Origin: Balanoglossus misakiensis
Lineage: Eukaryota; Animalia; Hemichordata
Reading direction: 5' to 3'
Assembly (NCBI GenBank): GCA_040954595.2
Contig: JBECUI020000066.1
Coordinates: 1-39,196, forward strand
Length of the DNA stretch: 39,196 bases
Every line of letters starts with the position of its first letter. The first letter of the stretch is position 1. Under the pieces are notes generated by a model that was not told where the DNA came from, did not search any database, and saw only the letters and a list, made by a program, of their open reading frames with translations. Shown in pieces: positions 17,785 through 28,637 of the stretch. A program made the translations under genes and the position numbers.

Positions 17785-19935
17785 TTATTGTGGTTCTTGG
17801 AGGGCATGCGTGTCTATATTAGGTGATAGCATTTCTAGCTTGCGTCTGAATTCATTGATAGTTTTTCTTGCATCTTTATCATTTCTTACAACTCGGGGGG
17901 TCAACAATACGATAAGCTCCGTTCGCCTTGTCTCATCATTTGATTGGCTGAACAATTTTCCTAAAAGCGGTATGCTGTGAAGAAAGGGGATCCCGCTTGT
18001 ATTATCATTCTTTGTTTCTTTTATCAGACCGCCGAGTATGAGTGTTTGTCCCGAGTGAATAGCAACAGTGCTCTCAATTTCGCGTTGTTGTATTGTGGGC
18101 GCATCTATATTTGACGAGGTGGTGCCCACCGCGTCGCTTACTTCTTGTCTGATTTCCATAGTTACTAATCCACCACTGTTGACGCGCGGCGTTACCGTCA
18201 ATGTTACGCCGGTATCTCTAAAATTAATTTCGTTGACAGTCGGTGCATCCGGATTTGTATTACTGATAGATTGTCGAGTCGGTACAGGGATCTCATCGCC
18301 CACACTGATCGTTGCTGTTTGGTTATCAAGCACCATGAGTGAAGGGGAAGAAAGCACATTGACCTTAGATTTAGAGACCAGTGCATTTAAGGCGATTTTT
18401 ACATTAGCCGCACTATTGATAACAGTATAAGAAAAACCAGGAGCCAAGGCAGATATACCTGCACTGCCTAAATCTAATGTCCCTACTCCTCTTTTACTGC
18501 CTAATGTATTGTTAAAAAACCATTCAACCCCATAGGCTAACTTGTCTTCTAATGTGACCTCCAAGATACTTGCTTCGATCAATACTTGTAACGGCACGAC
18601 ATCCAACTTTTTGATCGCGGCGACGACCATTTTGTAATCATGTGAGGATGCTAGAATCACTAATGCATTGCGTGTATCGTCTGCGATGATCTTGATCTCG
18701 CCGAGTGTGGAAACGGAAAGCCCGAGCGCATTGCTATTAGGCGAAGCCGCATTTTTATCTTCTTTGATTTTTACCGGCACCGCCCCTGGGGCAAGTTCCG
18801 CTTTCGTTGTTGGGTTTGATTTCCCAATCTTACTTAAGATATCGCTGAGTATATTAGCCAACTCTTCCGCCTTAGCATTTTGCACATTATAGACGTACAA
18901 GTTTTGTCCAACTTGTTCGCCTGCTTGGTCTAAACGATATAGCCATGTCTCGGTTTCACGTAAAGCAGCTTGGGTTGTGCTAATAAGTAAGATAGAATTT
19001 AACCGTTCAAGCGTGACAACGCGAACAAGTCCATCTAATAGTTCGCTTTGAGGCGCGTTTTTAGTGCCACCGAGTATTTCATCAAGCTCTGTTTTGAGTG
19101 TTTTGGGAGAAACATAGTTGAGCGGATAGATGCCTACGGACATTCCTCGTAACCAGTCCACATCAAACATATCAATCGTCTCTTGCAGGCGAGCTAATTC
19201 GGAAGGCGTTCCGCTAATCATCAGTATATTTCGTCTTTTATCAACGCGAAGTCCGTTTCTATCTGACACAAACGGCTCCAATATCTTTTGCATTTCTTGG
19301 GCAGCGATAAATTGTAATGGCACAATTTTAATGCTGTATCCTTCCGAGTTCGTTATAACCGTAGGTGTAAGATTATCGTTTACAGCCTGCGCCTTAGGCA
19401 GGATTTTATACACATCGTCCCTTTTGATAACAACGGCGTTAAGCAGAGATAAGGCCTCTTCAAGTAGAGGCAATAACTGTTCCTTGCTGATGGGCTTAGC
19501 GGTCCCTATCGTCACAGTGCCGCTAACGCGAGGATCAACAATGTAATTGACCTTAAGCATATCGCTAAGCACAACCTTTATAAATTCATGAATGCTAACC
19601 TCTTGAAAGTTTAGTGTAATATTGCCGTCCTCTATTTTATCAAGAGCAGAGGCATTGGGCTTTAGGTCGGCGATATATTGTTCGCTGCCTATCTCAACCA
19701 TGTGTTGGCGACTTTCTGGAAGATTATTTCTTGTTTGAACAGGTAACCCGTCTTGTAATGTCGTTTCTTCAGGTTTCTGTATCGTTGTTGCTAATTCGAT
19801 CTTTCCTTCTGTCGGTTCAATAGACCGCTTTAAGGGGCTATGGCTGCATGCGACCATAGTTACCGTCACGTAATATACTAAGGCGAGGGCGGTCTTCTTT
19901 TTTCCTTCCGTAAGGAGATTATTTATGTCTGCCAT
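17785..19935 (-). CDS. gspD: T2SS secretin D (XpsD-like, probable lipoprotein)
   Basis: MVAC lipobox-like; ITLNFQ, FDVDWLRGMSVG, LDVVPLQVLIEASILEV, VLSSPSLMVLDNQTATISVG, LILGGLI, GIPFLHSIPLLGKLF, RTELIVLLTP. Confidence 0.96.
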   Translation of the reverse strand: MADINNLLTEGKKKTALALVYYVTVTMVACSHSPLKRSIEPTEGKIELATTIQKPEETTLQDGLPVQTRNNLPESRQHMVEIGSEQYIADLKPNASALDKIEDGNITLNFQEVSIHEFIKVVLSDMLKVNYIVDPRVSGTVTIGTAKPISKEQLLPLLEEALSLLNAVVIKRDDVYKILPKAQAVNDNLTPTVITNSEGYSIKIVPLQFIAAQEMQKILEPFVSDRNGLRVDKRRNILMISGTPSELARLQETIDMFDVDWLRGMSVGIYPLNYVSPKTLKTELDEILGGTKNAPQSELLDGLVRVVTLERLNSILLISTTQAALRETETWLYRLDQAGEQVGQNLYVYNVQNAKAEELANILSDILSKIGKSNPTTKAELAPGAVPVKIKEDKNAASPNSNALGLSVSTLGEIKIIADDTRNALVILASSHDYKMVVAAIKKLDVVPLQVLIEASILEVTLEDKLAYGVEWFFNNTLGSKRGVGTLDLGSAGISALAPGFSYTVINSAANVKIALNALVSKSKVNVLSSPSLMVLDNQTATISVGDEIPVPTRQSISNTNPDAPTVNEINFRDTGVTLTVTPRVNSGGLVTMEIRQEVSDAVGTTSSNIDAPTIQQREIESTVAIHSGQTLILGGLIKETKNDNTSGIPFLHSIPLLGKLFSQSNDETRRTELIVLLTPRVVRNDKDARKTINEFRRKLEMLSPNIDTHALQEPQ

Positions 19936-20021
19936 TATCTCTAAATTTAACGCCCCGTTTTATTAGGCGCTATTTCAATTAGTTTGCCGAGAGTCTTTGT
20001 TTTGGCGAATCTCTTGCCGCA

Positions 20022-20640
20022 TTATCTTTTGTTGGTGCTTGTTTTGATAGATTTTCCGTTGCCTTGTTTTTTAATTGAAGCGTTCCTTATAGGCTGTTTT
20101 TTAGTCTCTTTTATCTCAAGAGGTAATTCTTGTTGCTTTCCGTTCTTTTTTAGTATGACCCTGTTTGGCTCAATGAGTGCCAAGGTCCAGCCGTCAATTG
20201 TCTCGTTCAAAGCAACACGCGTAGATATCCTCTTTCTGCTGTCTTTAATAATTGCCAAACGTATATCAGGGTTCATAATAGTAGCACTTAATACATATTG
20301 CGTGTTTGTTTTATGTTTGAGAGACGCTCTTTTTTTAGAGGTCTTTTCATCTGCAACGTGTACGTAAGGCATACGATCTTCAAAAAATAAAGGACGGCTT
20401 ATGACCTCGCCATAGTTGGATATCGTTGTGATCGCGTCCTTGGCTTGTTGTTTGCGATGCGGGCGTATTGCTCATCTTCACATTATTTACTATAGCAAGG
20501 CGATCATCATTTGTGTGCGTCCAAGCTGGCAGCGTTATCGGGCTTCTTAGTTCTTGCCAAATAATATAAGCAAATATACATGAGGCACCAAGTAGTGCAG
20601 TCTGCACGAATTTCAATGTAGACTGCTTTCTGTTTTTCAT
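20022..20640 (-). CDS. T2SS XpsN/GspC-like protein (frameshifted)
   Basis: N-terminal TM, then LSATIM...AII...V.LNETIDGWTLALIEPNRVIL (HR-like); lies between M and D as in xps operons. Confidence 0.6.
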
Positions 20641-21213
20641 ATTGCTTCCTTTTTTAAATAGCTGCTTGCCTTAAAGCTAACCCCTAGCGTTCCCTTATTT
20701 TTATTGTGCCGACTGCTGGTAATATATTGTCTTTGTATTAAAAGGTGATCTACGAATAACGTTAGCCCATCGTTATTTAGACGGTACAAAACCGTTTGTA
20801 GGGCATTCATATCTGCTCGCATCCGTATCTTCACGGCAATCTCTTGATAAATGCCGTCATCTTTGCCCGTGGTGACATGTGCCCCGATCAGTTCACCACC
20901 ATTTTCTTCAATATGCCCTTGAGTTTTTTTGTAAATTGGCGGCAATCATCGGGGCAGGCGTATTACTTATAAATAGGCTCTTATCATTCTCATCGTACTT
21001 TTCGATGGCGTCAATTTCCTCTATTAGCTGCTTTTTTTGTCTCTTAGCATTGGAAAATTTTTGTAATTGGAATGAAAGCTCCTCAATATATTCGGCATTC
21101 TCTGCCTTTGTTTTTAAGACAGGCTGTATTAGAGGAAGGTAAAATAAGGCAATCAGCATAATCAATATGCCGATTGATATAGATGCATGCTGCCAATGAG
21201 CAATCTTTCTCAT
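20637..21213 (-). CDS. gspM: T2SS protein M (frameshifted near 20910-20940)
   Basis: TM + coiled coil + ferredoxin-like C-terminus (LQTVLYRL...LFVDHLLI); overlapping stop/start with neighbours. Confidence 0.7.
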
Positions 21214-22311
21214 CTATGTATGTCCTTGCGCAATCTTGGCAGATAAATGGAATTTTTCCTTTCCGCTGGCATTGTTTTGCGAATAGGGGCGCTGAACCTT
21301 GCATCATAAAAATTATCAGATAGTTCAAGAATTTGGATCAGCGAAGAAGCATTGCTTGATTCACCCTGTAACTGTACCTTATTTGGTTCTATAGAAAGAC
21401 GAGTAAGCCAGGTATTATTCGGTATAAGTTTTGTCAGTTCATTGAGAGTAGCGATGGTGCTTGTCTTATTTTTACGTTTATTCTGCAAAGACTGTGATTG
21501 CTCAAGCAATGCTTCTTTGTGTTTTTTTTAAATCTTGCAGTTGCAGTGCATTCCCACGGTTTCTGCCACGCTTATTTCAAGCAGTGATATTTTTTTCTGC
21601 TGGGTTAGGATGGGGGTATACAATGCCGCTAAAAAAAGCAGGCATGTTATTGCCGTTAGTATAAGTGTCGGCTTATCCAGTATTACATTGTTTTCCGCTC
21701 TTTCTGTCGGCGACATTAGATTGATGGAAATGTCGGGCGTATCGTCTATGTCACCTACTGGGGCTACTGCGCTTAGTTTGATATTCCAAGAACGAAGCAT
21801 TACCAGATGAGGCTCTATCTTATGGAGTGGCACTAAAAACAACTCAAGACGTATCTTATCTGTTGTCTTGTTATTTTCTAATAATCGGTAATCAAAATAA
21901 ATCTGCTCCGCATCAAACGGGCTTAGCCTATTCATTTCAAAGGAAAAGAACTTGTTTTAAATTGGAAAGGGCCGCTTTTGGTAACACCAATTCTTTTTTT
22001 AGAAGTGTGTTGTCAGGAATGACGAGCACTGCCTGCGCGCCATCCTGTATATGCTTTTGCAGCCAATCTATACCCGCTATCTTATTTGCATCATTGTCTA
22101 TATTAAAAGTGTATGTCTTTATCTCCTTTGTCGCATCGTTTGTAAGATGTTGACATAGGACTTGCTGTGCCTCAAATTTTATTGTGATAGCCCTAGGCGC
22201 AGGGATAAGAAAGCGGCGTATTCGGGAAGGACATAAATAACCCAAGCCTTGGAGCCACCAGCGTATAGCGCTGCTAAAATTCAAATCATTCAATGTACTT
22301 ACCGTTATCAT
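21210..22311 (-). CDS. gspL: T2SS protein L / PilN-domain protein (several frameshifts)
   Basis: WWLQGL, LPKAALSNLKQVL, MNRLSPFDAEQIYFDY, INLMSP, TM, LNELTKLIPNNTWLTRL..QLQGES spread over three ORFs. Confidence 0.75.
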
Positions 22312-23309
22312 GAATAGCCACCGCTCCAATTTTTCCGCTACTTGCTATTTTATTGCTCTTTGTAGATTCTTGCCACAATAAAATAGTATAAGGCTTGTTC
22401 AACCATAAAGCAGTTGTGGCAGAGTCTTTAGGATATGGTTTTATAAGCACAACAACCTCAAGCCTAGCATGTGCATTGCCAATAATACCTTCGCTATTTA
22501 TCATAAATACTTGCCCGCTTGACCTTGATTTATATACTTGGGGAGCATTCCCCAGTAAGGCAGTCGGAGGTAATGTATCGGTAGAATCGGTCTTGGTTTG
22601 CAAGAGGTCATCAATCTGCGCCTCCTGTGCACCGGGATGGCACGTAACACTTGTCTGGAGGCAAAATAAGGATTGACCCAGGAATGACGTGAATGCAGGT
22701 CAGCGCCGGTTTTAATTGCTCGTAAAATGTTGTCGTCATGCCAGCCACAAGCAGGAGTTCATCTAAGCTGTTAAACGGTCCGTTTTTTGCGGTATAGCCA
22801 TAATTAAGTTGTCGGTATGTATCGTCCTCAGCACCGTACTCGTGTTCTTCACTATCTCGATCAAGCCAGTCTAAAATAGAGTGAAATAACGGTAGTTTGT
22901 TTTCTTCCGGGATTTGCACTTCGCGAATAAGCCCATAGAGCAAATCTGAGCTGGGTTGGTTGGCGGCTACATTTAAGGAAATTTTACCAGTTTCGTCCAT
23001 TATGCCTACATGGATGGTTCCCTTTGCAAAATTAAATGAGCGGACTGTTCCGTCTGCACGCCATGTTCGCTGCATGTTAGATGCTAGCAAATCCGCGACA
23101 GCCTGCCAAACGCCTGCCTCGGCAAGGCTCTTTGCTTGATAAAAATGGACAAGATTGGCGGTTAAGTCGGTTTCAGTACGTACCGTGTGGCTATAGCTGA
23201 TAGCAAGTAAGGTCAACAGGGTTAGCATCCATAACACAATAACCAGTACCAATCCGGCTTGCTTATCCATTGCAGCTCGTATTCTTGGGTGCTTTTTATT
23301 TAATGTCAT
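22286..23309 (-). CDS. gspK: T2SS minor pseudopilin K (frameshifted)
   Basis: GLVLVIVLWMLTLL, DETGKISLN, ILDWLDRD, GAED..Y, KNGPFNSLDELLLVAGM, C-terminal PYTILLWQE. Confidence 0.85.
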
Positions 23310-23343
23310 AAGATAGGTTCAAGAAAATACTGTACTATCCTTC

Positions 23344-24064
23344 TCATATAGCAGCACTATCCGTGTTGAATGAAGATTCAAACTGTTTAGAGCGGCGTTT
23401 ATATAAAAAGAATTGATGCTGGGTTTTAGTATGGTTGGCATATACTGAGAATTTCATTTGCGGCCAGAGCAGATTGGGGTTTTTGGTATAGATTTGTAAA
23501 CTAACCAGTAACGGCAGAGCATCTTCTTCTTGCCATTCATCTTGCCATGTTGGCATGCCATGCTGCTCCCTCATGCCAAAGTAGGCAAATTCAACACGGT
23601 CTATATTTTGCAATAGGACAACTTGTTTAGATTCAGTATCTTCCGAAAACGGTGATCTATCTGGATCAATAAGCCGATAATATAGATTAAGATGACGTCC
23701 GTCTTTAGCTTCATCCGGTTTTAAGATGATAAGTTGGACGCCCCCGCCACCGAGGTGTGCGGGTAACGTTGAGGCGAATCGTATCTCATCACTTCTACCT
23801 TCAAAGACCAGTTTCTTTTTATTGGCATCATCAATCCAAACAAGAGGAATAATCTGTGCCAATTGTCTTTGTAGAAAGTAGCTGCCAATCTGAGTTCAGC
23901 ATTTGCGTTATTTTTCTTTCAGCAGATTGCCAATTTCGGTTAGCTGTAAATACCGTGCTAAAAAGAAGCAGTAATATTAAGCTAAGCAGGGTCATGGCAA
24001 CGACGATCTCAATTAAGGTAAAGCCTGTGGTTGCATGTTTACGGGCGATATTATTTTTCATCAT
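23344..24064 (-). CDS. gspJ: T2SS minor pseudopilin J (frameshifted near 23860-23900)
   Basis: GFTLIEIVVAMTLL prepilin motif; VFEG, FAYFG...WQDEW...LPLLV. Confidence 0.82.
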
Positions 24065-24513
24065 ATCGGCGCTAAACGCATGGTATGTAGTGTTAGTGAG
24101 CGCCTTTTCCCTAAAATATCCCAGTTAATTTCTATCTCAACCTCCAGTCTCGTTACGGTGGGTATGATTTCCTTCTGGATGAGGGCAGACGAGGATATGT
24201 CGGGATTGGGTTGCTCGTTGGAGTAAGTATTGTGAATACTATCTGCAGGACGTATGCGCGTTGTCCACCGATATTTGTCATTTTCTATGCCGCTGTACTC
24301 GCCAACTTGTAGTGGTGACTCAACGCCTGCACTTGCCAATTTTGATTGCGCAATGAGGAGAGCTTGTGCGTATTCGTTGCTAAGCAAAGTAGCACGAGTG
24401 CCTGTACCATATATCTGGAAGATGGTGCCCAGGCTTAGCGAGAAAATAAAGAAGGCAACCACTACCTCAAGCAAGGAGAATCCCTGTTGTTCGTTAGTAG
24501 GCAGTAGTATCAT
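24061..24513 (-). CDS. gspI: T2SS minor pseudopilin I
   Basis: QQGFSLLEVVVAFFIFSL, ALLIAQSKLA, YRW, RSLTLHTMRL; ATG at 24513 preferred over the upstream alternative start. Confidence 0.85.
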   Translation of the reverse strand: MILLPTNEQQGFSLLEVVVAFFIFSLSLGTIFQIYGTGTRATLLSNEYAQALLIAQSKLASAGVESPLQVGEYSGIENDKYRWTTRIRPADSIHNTYSNEQPNPDISSSALIQKEIIPTVTRLEVEIEINWDILGKRRSLTLHTMRLAPI

Positions 24514-24997
24514 GATCAGACAATATCCTAACTTTTCCGGTGAGCCAGTGAACGTCAATCAAGTATTTTTTTTCTTTATACTTTAGCTTAACCTGTCGCC
24601 GGTTGAGCTGCCGTCTGGAAAGAAGCGGATGCGCCCTCTTTTTGCAGATGTTTGTTCTGACCGTGCGGTTATCATGGAAAGTGATGCCGAGGCGGGCACT
24701 CTTAAACTCTTTTGTTTTCTATCAAGCTCCATGGTTTTGTTTTCAATATCTAATCCTAAGGTCATTTCTTGTTGCCGTATGATAGCGAGGCTGCGGGCTT
24801 TTTTTAGGTTAGCGGCAAGATTACGCACAGTGGTTTTAACCTGATTTCCGGCAATAACATCTGGTAGAAATGGCGGCACAATAGCGAGCATTAACGACAA
24901 TATGGCAAATACCAATCAGGACCTCAAATAACGTAAAGCCATGCGTTCTAAGCGCAGCGGGTTGATGGGTAGATAGTGGTCTACTATGACTATGCAT
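24494..24997 (-). CDS. gspH: T2SS minor pseudopilin H (two frameshifts)
   Basis: Reconstructed HGFTLFEVLI-VFAIL...IRFFPDGSSTG(G)QVKL...IDVHWLTGKVRI. Confidence 0.82.
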
Positions 24998-25040
24998 TGT
25001 CGGCTTATGTGGTTATGCAGTTTAATTTTCCCTTATATAA

Positions 25041-25456
25041 TTACTCCCCAGCTATTGATATCTTTTTTTTCTTTATCGCCTCCCACTGCGTTATCGGAGC
25101 CTAGGAATAAAGATCATACTCTCCGTATTGTCCGGGCATGACATAATGATATGGACTGCCCCATGGATCAATCGGTATTTTTTCTTCTTTAAGTAGGGGC
25201 CATTCCAATTATCTGTATCACTGGGGTTCACTATCAGGGCTTGTAAGCCTTCATTAGAGCTGGGATAACGACCTTGGTCCAGATAAAACAAGTCTAGTGC
25301 CGAACCGATGTTTTCAATTTGCAACCGTGCCGATTCGGATTTTGCACGTCCTATATGTTTTGTAACTTGGGGTGCGACCACACTCACAATAGCACCGAGA
25401 ATAAGCAAGGCGACTAACATTTCAAATAGAGTAAAGCCAAATGATTTTGTGTTCAT
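25041..25456 (-). CDS. gspG: T2SS major pseudopilin G (frameshifts in A, C and G runs)
   Basis: GFTLFEML, ALDLFYLDQGRYPS..GLQAL, WNGPYL, reconstructed IPIDPWGSPYHY..PG...YDLYS(L)GSD..VGG..DINSW. Confidence 0.9.
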
Positions 25457-25503
25457 AATTTTATTTTATAGCAATACGCTGACACTGTAGCAATTTGCAG
25501 GTT

Positions 25504-26734
25504 TCAGACTATCAACTCGTTTAATCCCAATGTTGCCATTAGAATAGATAAGATGATGACCACAATCATGCCGCCAAGACCCAATATAAGCACAGGCTCA
25601 ATCAGGACCAGAAGCCGCCCGATAGTAGCATTGATTTCTTGATCATAGATATCTGCAATTTTTAGTAGCATGGTTTCAAGCTGCCCGGTTTCTTCGCCGA
25701 TATGTATAAGGCGTATAGCAAGCCGTGGAAATCGTTTTGTTTTTTCTAATGCTCGTGCAAGGTGGCTGCCCTGTTCCAAATCATGAGGAACAGTTGCGAT
25801 AGACTGAGCAATGGAGCGATTACCGATTGTCTCTTGCACAATAGAAATAGTCGTTAACAATGGCACACCATTACGGAGTAATGTGCCTAGCATCCTAGAG
25901 AAACGAGATATTTCAATTTTTGTTACCAAATCTCCAAAGATGGGCACCGAAAGTAGTAGTCTATCCCATTTTAAAGTGTTGGTCAGGGTTGTCAAGCCAC
26001 CTTTTAGCAAGCCACGCAAATCCGATAATGATCCCTAAAAACAGCCACCAATATTGGCGTAGTAAGGTGGCTACGTTAAATACGGTCTCGGTTATCAGCG
26101 GAAGGGTTTGTCCTGCGTCTTCAAATAAAGGGATAAATTTTGGGACAATAAATAACATTAGGATTAGCGTAGAGACAATAGTGATGACGAACAAAAGCGC
26201 GGGATAAATCAATTTTGATATTATCTCAGAGTGTACTATTGCGCTGCGCTCCATGTAATCCGACAAATCTTTCAAGGTAATCTCAAGTGCCCCGCCTGCT
26301 TCACCTGCGCGAATCATGTTTAAATAAAATCGGCTAAAACCTTTGTTTTGAGCCTCTATAGCATGCGATAAAGTGGCGCCACTTTGCACCTTAAAGCGGA
26401 TTCCGTCTACCAAGTTTTTAATCACAGGGCTGACATCAATTTCTTTTAAGGCATGTAACGCTTGATCCAAAGGCAGGCCTGCGCGTAACAAGGTTGTGAG
26501 TTCACGAGTTAGGATTAGGATATGGGAGGGCTTTATTTTGTCATTACCACTCTGAGGTGCGGCAAAGAAAATAGTCCGCAGTTTGTGTTTCTTTCTAGTG
26601 AGTTCTTTAGCACTAATCGGCAAATGGCCGGAGCCTTGTAGCTTTTCAATAGCGACAGACTGTGAAGATGCTTCTATTTCGCCTTCCAAGAGTTCGCCAT
26701 TGCTGCCGATAGCTTTGTAGCGGAATATAGGCAT
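25504..26734 (-). CDS. gspF: T2SS inner membrane platform protein F (frameshift near 25965)
   Basis: MPIFRYKA, TRELTTLLRAGLPLDQAL, AGEAGGAL, LIYP, RFSRMLGTLLRNGVPLL, GEETGQL, LIEP. Confidence 0.92.
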
Positions 26735-26741
26735 ATCTATT

Positions 26742-28439
26742 TCACCGGGTTACGCGCATGACATCTTCTATCGTTGTAACGCCTTTGAGTGCTTTTCGAA
26801 TGCCGTCAATCTGCATGTTTTCCATTCCTTCCTTAATTGCCTCGTTTTGTAATGTCGTGCCGTCGGTATGCGACAGGATCAAACGCCGAATCGATTCTGA
26901 AATTGTCAAGAGTTCCACGATGACGCTGCGACCCTTATAACCGCTATCAAGACAAACTCGGCACCCTTTTGCTTTATAAAGTATGACATCCGAAGCTGTG
27001 CAATAGTGGTCTAGCCTAAACTCTTTTATTACCTCGTGCAAAGGCGTGTATGCTTGTTTACATTGTTTACAAAGCTTCCTTATCAAGCGTTGCGATAGGA
27101 TACAGTTAAGCGTTGATGTTAAGAGATAGTCTTCAATACCCATATCAAGTAGGCGTGTAATTGAACTGCCGGCATTATTTGTATGCAGTGTTGAAAAAAC
27201 AAGATGGCCAGTCAATGCGGATTGTACAGCGATGCGAGCCGTTTCAAGGTCACGCATTTCGCCTATCATAATCACATCCGGGTCTTGTCGTACAATGGAA
27301 CGTAGGGCATCAATGAAATTGAGCCCAATCTTAGGTTTAACTTGAATTTGGTTAACGCCTTCTAGTTGGTACTCAATGGGATCCTCAACCGTCAATATCT
27401 TTTTATCCGGTGTATTTAATTTTGAAAGAGCAGTATAAAGTGTAGTTGTTTTTCCGCTACCAGTTGGCCCAGTGACTAAAGTAATGCCGTATGGCAGTTT
27501 AAGTACAGCCTGTACTTTTTGCCTAATCGCTTTAGGAAAACCAAGAATTTCAAAGTCCAATTTAAGGTGTTCTTTGTCCAGAATGCGTATCACGAGGCTC
27601 TCGCCGTACATAGTGGGAACCGTTGATATACGTAAATCTATCAACTTGCCTTGAGTGCGTAATTGGATGCGGCCGTCTTGGGGCAAACGCCGTTCGGCGA
27701 TATTCATCTTTGCCATGATCTTTATTCTGGAGGTTACTGCCGCAGTGGAATGAGCAGGTGGTGCCTCAACTTCGTTTAGTACACCGTCAATGCGATAGCG
27801 GATTTTAAGTGTATTTTTGAAGGGTTCAATATGAATATCTGATGCGCGTGAATCAACAGCATGGTTAATGATAAGGTTGACTAAGCGAATGATAGGCGCT
27901 TCGGAAGCAAGGTCTTTTAGGTGCTCAATGGAGTCACGTTCCTTTTCATTTCTATCTATATCAATATCTTCAACGACATCAGCAAGTTTTGTGTGTTCTT
28001 CGCCATAGAAGCAATCCAAGACATTTTCAATTTGCGAAACGGAAGCAATCTTGGGGATAACATCTTGAGCAGCAGCCAGTTTAATTGCTTGCAAGACATA
28101 AGAATCGGTTGGGTCTGCCATTGCCACAATGAGACCGTTTTGCGTTTGTTTAATTGGTGCTACAAAATATTCTTTAAGGAATCGGACTGATAAAACCTCC
28201 TCTTCTAGCACAGGGGCTTTAGGAATATCTTTATCACTTAAGATTGGGAAGTGTGTAACATTGTGCAATGTGGCTGTCATATCATATTCGGACACAAACC
28301 CAGACCGCACTAATAAAATAGATAAGGAAGTGCTATTGACACTTTGTAGCATTGCTATGCGGTTTATATCCCCTTGCTCTATTTTGCCTTGAGCGAGGAG
28401 CGCATTTAGCAGCGCGTTGTCAAGTATTTTGTTATTCAC
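26742..28439 (-). CDS. gspE: T2SS ATPase E with N-terminal MshEN-like extension
   Basis: ASDIHIEP, ERRLPQDGR, GPTGSGKTTTLY, TVEDPIEY, RQDPDVIMIGEMRD, TGHLVFSTLHTN, two CxxC. Confidence 0.97.
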   Translation of the reverse strand: MNNKILDNALLNALLAQGKIEQGDINRIAMLQSVNSTSLSILLVRSGFVSEYDMTATLHNVTHFPILSDKDIPKAPVLEEEVLSVRFLKEYFVAPIKQTQNGLIVAMADPTDSYVLQAIKLAAAQDVIPKIASVSQIENVLDCFYGEEHTKLADVVEDIDIDRNEKERDSIEHLKDLASEAPIIRLVNLIINHAVDSRASDIHIEPFKNTLKIRYRIDGVLNEVEAPPAHSTAAVTSRIKIMAKMNIAERRLPQDGRIQLRTQGKLIDLRISTVPTMYGESLVIRILDKEHLKLDFEILGFPKAIRQKVQAVLKLPYGITLVTGPTGSGKTTTLYTALSKLNTPDKKILTVEDPIEYQLEGVNQIQVKPKIGLNFIDALRSIVRQDPDVIMIGEMRDLETARIAVQSALTGHLVFSTLHTNNAGSSITRLLDMGIEDYLLTSTLNCILSQRLIRKLCKQCKQAYTPLHEVIKEFRLDHYCTASDVILYKAKGCRVCLDSGYKGRSVIVELLTISESIRRLILSHTDGTTLQNEAIKEGMENMQIDGIRKALKGVTTIEDVMRVTR

Positions 28440-28572
28440 ATTTAGCTAGAAGGTATTTGACGCAGTATCTGCCATCAGTTTGGCTCTGTACTTTTGATAG
28501 ACATCCTAGTTTGGTTATATATTTTATCTACGCATTGGATTTATGATGATATTTAAGAAGAATCAATAATAG

Positions 28573-28602
28573 TTGACAAAAATATGTTTTTGATTATAGC
28601 AT
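28573..28602 (+). promoter_or_regulatory. Sigma70-like promoter for the Rhs gene with an inverted repeat in the spacer
   Basis: TTGACA at 28573, TATAGC (28595) or TAGCAT (28597); CAAAAA-TATG-TTTTTG palindrome at 28577-28592. Confidence 0.5.
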
Positions 28603-28637
28603 GTTAAAACACATGTGATGCCAGGGGGAGTGGAAGG

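Noticed and set aside
18068-28546. Plus-strand ORFs within the T2SS operon (e.g. 19130-19546, 19984-20367)
   Set aside because: Antisense shadows of gsp genes
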